Assembly (NCBI GenBank): GCA_963850905.1
Contig: CAWKMU010000003.1
Coordinates: forward strand, 1,376,001 to 1,440,000
Length of the DNA: 64,000 bases
Source: an uncultured Gemmatimonadales bacterium
GTDB lineage: Bacteria > Gemmatimonadota > Gemmatimonadetes > Gemmatimonadales > Gemmatimonadaceae
Direction: 5' to 3'
The notes below the pieces were generated by a model, which did no database searches, had not been told where the DNA came from, and saw only the letters and a list, made by a program, of their open reading frames with translations. Made by a program: the position numbers and the translations under genes. Below, piece by piece: positions 58,548-64,000 of this stretch (position 1 is its first letter; the number at the start of each line of letters is the position of its first letter).

Positions 58548-60380
58548 TTGGCCACACCGATTACAAGTCCCGCCAAAGCGCTCGACCAACAAGTCGCGGT
58601 CGAGACGCCGGAGCAGGTTTTGATCTCCTACACGATCGCGGGGATCGGATCTCGCTCCGCCGCGGCATTGCTGGACACGCTCGTGTGGATGGGGCTGATC
58701 CTCATCGTGTTCGCACTTGCCGGCGCGTTCGGTGGACACCTGGGCGGCGGCTCGTCGTGGGCGGCCGCGATCCTGATTCTCATCTCGTTCGCAATCTTCT
58801 GGTCGTACTTCGTGCTGTTCGAAGGACTGTGGGACGGGCAGACACCGGGGAAACGACAACTCGGTCTCCGCGTTGTGCGCGACGGCGGCTACTCGGTGGG
58901 TTTCGCCGCGTCGGCGATCCGTAATCTGATCCGCTTCATCGACATGCAGCCCATGCCGACGTACGGCGTGGGTATCGTCTGTGCCGTGCTGTCGCCAACG
59001 GGCAAGCGATTGGGCGACTACGCGGCGGGGACGATGGTCGTGCGCGAACGAGCCATTGCGTTTGGCGGTCGCCCAAATGAGACGGACGGATTGCTGACGC
59101 CAGAAGCGGTAGAGGCCGTCCCGGCCGCCGTGTTGAGTGACGACGAGTACACGCTGCTCGATCGATACATCGCCCGTCGCGCAGCGCTCGATGCAAACCG
59201 TCGAGCGGAGCTGGCCGGGCGCCTGGCACAGCGATTTCGCGGCCGCGTCCTGGGGCTGACCGGCAGCGACGCGGCAATGCTGGTGCGGCTCCATGAGCTC
59301 GAACGCCAAGCACGCGCGCGCGGTGCGCCGAGCCGCAGCGGGAGGGGCGCCGCGCGTGAGCAGCACGCGATCGTCGCGAGGGGTATGCCGCGCTGGCGGG
59401 AGTTCGCGGCTCTGCTGACGTCGGCGCAGCAGCGTGGCCTCGGGAGCATGTCAGAGGCCGAGGTGAGCGACTTCGTCTCTCGCTATCGCGAGCTTGCTGG
59501 TGATTTGGCTCGCTTGCAAACCGCGGCTGGCGGCCGCGAGTCGGACTCGCTCTTCGTGCTGAGCCGCCTTGTCGCGGGTGGCCACAGCTTGCTGTATCGG
59601 GGCCGCAGCGTCAGCTGGCGCTCGGCGTGGGACTACATGACCATCACGGTGCCGGGTGAGATCCGTCGCTCCTGGCTCCCGATCGGGCTGGCGGCCGCGA
59701 TGATGTTCGGTCCCGGCGCGATCGCGTACGTGTCAGTGGTCCGCCACCCGGCACTGGCGCGCCAGCTCGTCTCCCCGGGGATGATCGAACGGGCGGAGCA
59801 TGGCGTGCAGTGGGCGAAAAGCGACAGCGGCTACGTCACGATCCAGGACAGCCTTCGCCCGGTCGTGGCCAGCGCCATTATGAGCAACAACATCTGGGTG
59901 TCGACCATGACGTTTGCGGGCGGTATGACGGGCGGTGTACTCACCGTGTACGCGCTTGCCATGAATGGCATCGATCTCGGGGCAGTACTCGGACTGTACC
60001 AGAGCAAAGGTATCCTCTCGCTCATCCTCCGCTTCGTCGCGCCGCACGGCGTGCTGGAGCTCAGCGCTATCACCTTCTCCGGCGCCGCCGGACTGCTCAT
60101 CGCGTCCGCGTTTCTTCTGCCGGGAGCGATGACACGCCGGGAGGCATTGATCGTGCGCGGCCGCCGCGCGATCCGACTCCTCGCCGCGACAGTGCTCATG
60201 CTCGTCGTGGCTGGATCGATCGAGGGCCTGCTCTCGCCGATTCCCACATGGACGCTCGGCGAGAAGTTGTCCGTATCGGCGGTCACCGCGGTGTTGTTAG
60301 CGATCTACATCATTGGCCGAAGAGGCACGGGCGCGGCCGACACACGCTCTGTGCCATCGACTGCACGCGCGGCCGCGTAG
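58548..60380 (+). CDS. RDD domain fused to SpoIIM/DUF95-family membrane domain
   Basis: VETPE, GQTPGKR..LRVV, RLGDYAAGT; NNI, PHGVLEL, IEG. Confidence 0.88.
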   Translation: MATPITSPAKALDQQVAVETPEQVLISYTIAGIGSRSAAALLDTLVWMGLILIVFALAGAFGGHLGGGSSWAAAILILISFAIFWSYFVLFEGLWDGQTPGKRQLGLRVVRDGGYSVGFAASAIRNLIRFIDMQPMPTYGVGIVCAVLSPTGKRLGDYAAGTMVVRERAIAFGGRPNETDGLLTPEAVEAVPAAVLSDDEYTLLDRYIARRAALDANRRAELAGRLAQRFRGRVLGLTGSDAAMLVRLHELERQARARGAPSRSGRGAAREQHAIVARGMPRWREFAALLTSAQQRGLGSMSEAEVSDFVSRYRELAGDLARLQTAAGGRESDSLFVLSRLVAGGHSLLYRGRSVSWRSAWDYMTITVPGEIRRSWLPIGLAAAMMFGPGAIAYVSVVRHPALARQLVSPGMIERAEHGVQWAKSDSGYVTIQDSLRPVVASAIMSNNIWVSTMTFAGGMTGGVLTVYALAMNGIDLGAVLGLYQSKGILSLILRFVAPHGVLELSAITFSGAAGLLIASAFLLPGAMTRREALIVRGRRAIRLLAATVLMLVVAGSIEGLLSPIPTWTLGEKLSVSAVTAVLLAIYIIGRRGTGAADTRSVPSTARAAA

Positions 60381-60389
60381 CGAGGCGGC

Positions 60390-61085
60390 CTAATACCGCT
60401 CGGCCAGGTCGTTGCGCGCGAGCGCTTGTCGCAGACGGGCCATGAAATCGGCCCCGGGGTCGGTCTTGGGTGTGAGGTACGTGGAGTCGCGCTCCTCCCA
60501 CAACGGCGTGTGACGGAAGCGCCCGTACTCACAATGCCCGATCAAATACTTAATGCCGGGATACCGCGCGGTGAGGTGCTGTACCAACCACCGATCTGCC
60601 TCGAGCTGGCGCGGCGTGAGTGGCGGGTATGGACCGCCGCCCACGTTTTCGATCCCGATGGCGATGCGGTTCAAGCCGATGACGTGCCGCGCCATGAGCG
60701 TATCAGGTACCAGGCGATAGATCGTGCCGTCCCGGTCCACGAGGTACTGTGACGACACGTTGACCGCGCCGCCGCGCACAATGTCCGAACGGAAGGCAGG
60801 CAGGGTATCGGGCCCGAACAGCCGCAGTGTCGAGTCGAGCGACGCGGTCTCCGTCGCATGAATCACGATCATCCGCGGCGTGACCCGGATCGACGTCGCC
60901 GACGGATCGTAGTGCGCTCTCACGTACTCGAGAGTGAGCGCCTGGCGGCGCGGACCAAAGGTCAGTAGGCGCTCCACAATGCGGGTTTGCTGGCGCGGCG
61001 CCGCTGCCATCGCCGCCGCGCCGAGGGCGCATGCGACCACGACCCACCCGGCTCGCCGACGCAGGTCCCTCAAATCGTACCGCAT
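60390..61085 (-). CDS. N-acetylmuramoyl-L-alanine amidase (Amidase_2)
   Basis: IVIHAT, VDRDGTIY, ARH, IGIEN, IGH, KTDPG. Confidence 0.88.
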   Translation of the reverse strand: MRYDLRDLRRRAGWVVVACALGAAAMAAAPRQQTRIVERLLTFGPRRQALTLEYVRAHYDPSATSIRVTPRMIVIHATETASLDSTLRLFGPDTLPAFRSDIVRGGAVNVSSQYLVDRDGTIYRLVPDTLMARHVIGLNRIAIGIENVGGGPYPPLTPRQLEADRWLVQHLTARYPGIKYLIGHCEYGRFRHTPLWEERDSTYLTPKTDPGADFMARLRQALARNDLAERY

Positions 61086-61095
61086 CGTCCCAGTG

Positions 61096-62046
61096 TCAGG
61101 CGACGGTCTTCGTCCTTGCCAGCGGACGAGCGAACGCGTTCGGCGGATTATGGATATTGATCAGCAGGACCTGGCGGTAATAGTCGGTCGCCTGGCTCTT
61201 GTCACCGGTCTTCTCGTACGCTTGCGCGATGAGAGACAGAATGAACGGGTCCTTCTGATCGGCCTTCTGTAACTCCGTGATGGCGGTCTTGTAGTCGCCC
61301 AGGTACAGCGCGACGTAGCCGGTTAGGTACGGATAGAACTTGACCTGGTCCGGGTTTGTCCCCCGATCGAGAATCGACTTCGCGGCGGCGACATGCTGCA
61401 TGGCCGCGTCGCGCTGTCCGCGCCGCGCGGCAATCCGCGCCTGCGCATGCTCCCAGCGAAAGTCCCAGAGGTCCCGGTCGGCCGGCTTGAGATCGCTCTT
61501 CTTCAACGCCGTCTCGTGCCCGGTCCGGTACACCTTGTAAGCGTTGTCGATGTCTCCCGATTCCAAGTAGATGCGGGCCAGCTCGTTGTCGACGTCAGCC
61601 GCGGCGAGCCAGTCTTGCCGTGCGACCGCTGCATCAACGACTTGCCGCTCGTATTTTGCGGCGTCGTCGGCATTGCGGGTAAAGGCATACGAAATGGCCA
61701 TGGTGCGCAGGGCGCGGGCTTTAACGGAGTCATTCGGAGCGATCGCGATCGCCCGCTCGAGGTGAGCGCGGGCCGCGGGATATTGGCCTTCGAGGTCGAG
61801 GGCCACAGCGGTCGCAATGTGCGCATCGACGAAGCGTGGGTTCTGCTGCAGCGCGCGGGTGTACAAGGCTACCGCGCCGGCCTGGTTGCCGTCGCCGTTG
61901 AGCTTCTGACCTTGGGAGACGAGCGCAGCGGGATCGTCTGTAGCGGGGACCGGGTTCGGGGCTTGGGCAGCCAGCGAACCTCCAGCGACGATCACGAGGC
62001 CAGCGACGGCCAGCGAGTGGCACGGCATGTGAGCGATGCGCATCAT
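61096..62046 (-). CDS. Secreted TPR-repeat protein
   Basis: Signal peptide and multiple TPR helices; start uncertain. Confidence 0.78.
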   Translation of the reverse strand: MMRIAHMPCHSLAVAGLVIVAGGSLAAQAPNPVPATDDPAALVSQGQKLNGDGNQAGAVALYTRALQQNPRFVDAHIATAVALDLEGQYPAARAHLERAIAIAPNDSVKARALRTMAISYAFTRNADDAAKYERQVVDAAVARQDWLAAADVDNELARIYLESGDIDNAYKVYRTGHETALKKSDLKPADRDLWDFRWEHAQARIAARRGQRDAAMQHVAAAKSILDRGTNPDQVKFYPYLTGYVALYLGDYKTAITELQKADQKDPFILSLIAQAYEKTGDKSQATDYYRQVLLINIHNPPNAFARPLARTKTVA

Positions 62047-62079
62047 AAGTAGTGGAGGCGAAGGGTGGACCGTGTCCGT

Positions 62080-64000
62080 ATGAGCTATCAGCCGAACGCC
62101 CGCCACGCTAGATGGCGGCGGCCGACGTCGCTCGTGCGATCGATCGCTCCGCTGCTGGCGAGCGGTCTCATCTGGATCGCCATGCCAGCCCAGGGCAAGA
62201 GCCAGGGCGTCGGCACCGATGCGGGCGACTCGTCGGGCGTGCTTGCCGGCGAGCTCAAAGGATTCGACGCTGGCGAGCCGATTGCGTACGCGACGATCGA
62301 CCTGGTCAACGTCGCCCGCGCCAGCTTCGCCGACGCGCGGGGTGCTTTTCGACTGACCCGGCTCGTCCCCGGGCAGTATCACCTGCGTGCACGTCAGATC
62401 GGATATGCGCCCCTCGATACAATCGTCCAGGTCGATCCAGGGCCGAGCGAGACAACGCTGTCCCTGCGCCTCCACAGGGTGGCGCTCAAGCTCGCGCGCG
62501 TCTCCATCGCCGGGCGCCGTGGCAAAGGATGTCTGGCGACGGGCATACCGGACTCGCTCGTCAATCCGTCGCTCGCGGGGATCTTCGGCCAGGTAAGAGA
62601 GAACGTCGATCGCCTTCGCCTGCTGCTCGACGAGTACCCGTTTCAGTTCTCCCGCGAAGAACGGCGCTTCATTCGCAGCGATCCGGGTGGGGACTCAGCG
62701 GTAGTTATTGACACGGTGGACTACGAATCACGTGCGCGTCGACCCTACAAAGTCGGGAGCGTCGTCTACGTGGACTACGACGCAGTAGGACGCCGAACAC
62801 GGATGATGTATCTGCCGACCTTCCGCGACCTCGCGGATCCGGCATTTCTCGCAGCTCACTGCTTCACTTATGGCGGCACGGAGGGTCTGGGTGGCCACGG
62901 CACGCAGGTCCTGCGCGTGGATTTCCAGCCGGCCAGCCGCATCTCGGCGCCAGATGTCGAAGGGTCGGTGTACCTCGACGCGCAGAGCTTCATCGTTCGG
63001 CGAGCGGTATTTCGTCTGACGAGGCCGGGAGCGGCCAAGCCGCCAGTCTTGGGGCTCGAGGTCACCACCTCGTTTCGCGAGCTCGTGCCGCTCGTGCCGG
63101 TCTTCGACTCGGTGGAGTCAAACCAGCAAATGCCGACTGGTTCGAGCTCGAGCGGCCAAGGCCTCGTTGGGGGGAGCACGACCGTGGTCCGGTCCGCCGT
63201 GGAGGATGACCGGCTCTTGGGCTTCACCTTCGAGCAGCGGACACCTGGCGATACCGGAAGCGCTCGATCGGCGACGGCGACACGTGTCGGGGCGACCCCG
63301 GCGACCCCGGCGGCCGTTGTCGCGAGTGCGCCTGCAACACCGGCTCCCATGTTGAGCGGGCGCGTCGTGCAGCCCGATGGGACGCCGGTCGCCGGCGCGA
63401 CCGTAGGCGTGTCCGGGATGCGTGACACCACGACGACGAGCGACAGCGGCACTTTTGTATTTGCTGGCGTGTCGCCGGGCCCACATATGCTCGCGGTGCG
63501 GCGACTCGGCTTCGATCCGACGCGCACAGCCGTCACCGTCTCCCGCGACCACGCCTCCCCGATGACGATCACCATCGTCCGCAGCGTGCGGGTGTTGCCG
63601 ACTGTGGTGACCACCGCGGAGAAACGAGGATACAAGGAGGTGGGCCTCGATCGGCGCATGAAGGCAGGCGCTGGGCAATACCTGACGTACCAGCAGATCG
63701 AACGTCGGCAGGCGACGAAACTGTCCCAGCTGTTGAACGGCATGCGCGGCATCCAGGTGCGACAGGCCCCCAAGAACTTCAATTCCACGGTTGAAGGCAC
63801 CCGCGGGGTTGGCAGTTGCGTCGGGTTCGTCATCGACGGCGTCCCACAGGCACAACTCGCCAGCACGACCATAACGGGCAGCGTCCTGGCGCCCGACGAC
63901 GCCGACAACCTGATCGACCCATCCGCAATCGCCGCGATCGAGGTGTATAGCTCGAGCGAGCGGCCGGTGGAGTTCGGGGCGGGACTCGAGGAGCGGGCGC
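62080..64000 (+). CDS. Protein with two CarboxypepD_reg-like domains and a TonB plug-like domain, truncated by the window end
   Basis: Open frame from ATG 62080: RQIGYAP, LSGRVVQPDG, RRLGF, VIDG, IAAIEVY; absent from the ORF track because it has no stop in the window. Confidence 0.8.
   Translation, partial: MSYQPNARHARWRRPTSLVRSIAPLLASGLIWIAMPAQGKSQGVGTDAGDSSGVLAGELKGFDAGEPIAYATIDLVNVARASFADARGAFRLTRLVPGQYHLRARQIGYAPLDTIVQVDPGPSETTLSLRLHRVALKLARVSIAGRRGKGCLATGIPDSLVNPSLAGIFGQVRENVDRLRLLLDEYPFQFSREERRFIRSDPGGDSAVVIDTVDYESRARRPYKVGSVVYVDYDAVGRRTRMMYLPTFRDLADPAFLAAHCFTYGGTEGLGGHGTQVLRVDFQPASRISAPDVEGSVYLDAQSFIVRRAVFRLTRPGAAKPPVLGLEVTTSFRELVPLVPVFDSVESNQQMPTGSSSSGQGLVGGSTTVVRSAVEDDRLLGFTFEQRTPGDTGSARSATATRVGATPATPAAVVASAPATPAPMLSGRVVQPDGTPVAGATVGVSGMRDTTTTSDSGTFVFAGVSPGPHMLAVRRLGFDPTRTAVTVSRDHASPMTITIVRSVRVLPTVVTTAEKRGYKEVGLDRRMKAGAGQYLTYQQIERRQATKLSQLLNGMRGIQVRQAPKNFNSTVEGTRGVGSCVGFVIDGVPQAQLASTTITGSVLAPDDADNLIDPSAIAAIEVYSSSERPVEFGAGLEERA

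Noticed and set aside
62868..63908. Minus-strand 346-aa ORF
   Set aside because: Shadow of the plus-strand gene that starts at 62080 and runs off the window

Overview
High-GC bacterial chromosomal segment. Gene content (caa3 oxidase, PEGA-type Ser/Thr kinase, several CarboxypepD_reg and TPR proteins) suggests Gemmatimonadota; this is an inference, not a search result. About 55 CDS: a divergent DEAH helicase, a multi-PAS/GAF histidine kinase, an oxidative pentose-phosphate operon (rpiB-pgi-HAD-gnd-zwf-pgl), dacB, a caa3-type cytochrome c oxidase operon, leuS, a ferritin-like/VIT1 transporter, an ECF sigma module divergent from a 4-gene cluster (Ig/beta-helix surface protein, Ser/Thr kinase, TPR protein, beta-barrel), a TetR-TolC-HlyD efflux operon, nth, peptidases and a FadL/SGNH lipase pair. 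No rRNA, tRNA, CRISPR array, phage gene or transposase was recognised. Most notable: (i) a family of nested foldback elements with heptamer-repeat arms carrying REP/REPIN cargo, plus short remnants at stop codons; (ii) the candidate trans-envelope kinase cluster; (iii) an apparently permuted helicase motif order; (iv) many probable leaderless genes; (v) about 17 frameshifts, nearly all explicable as +1 insertions and about 12 of them in coxA, that look like a hybrid-consensus assembly artefact. Product calls come from motif recognition by eye.
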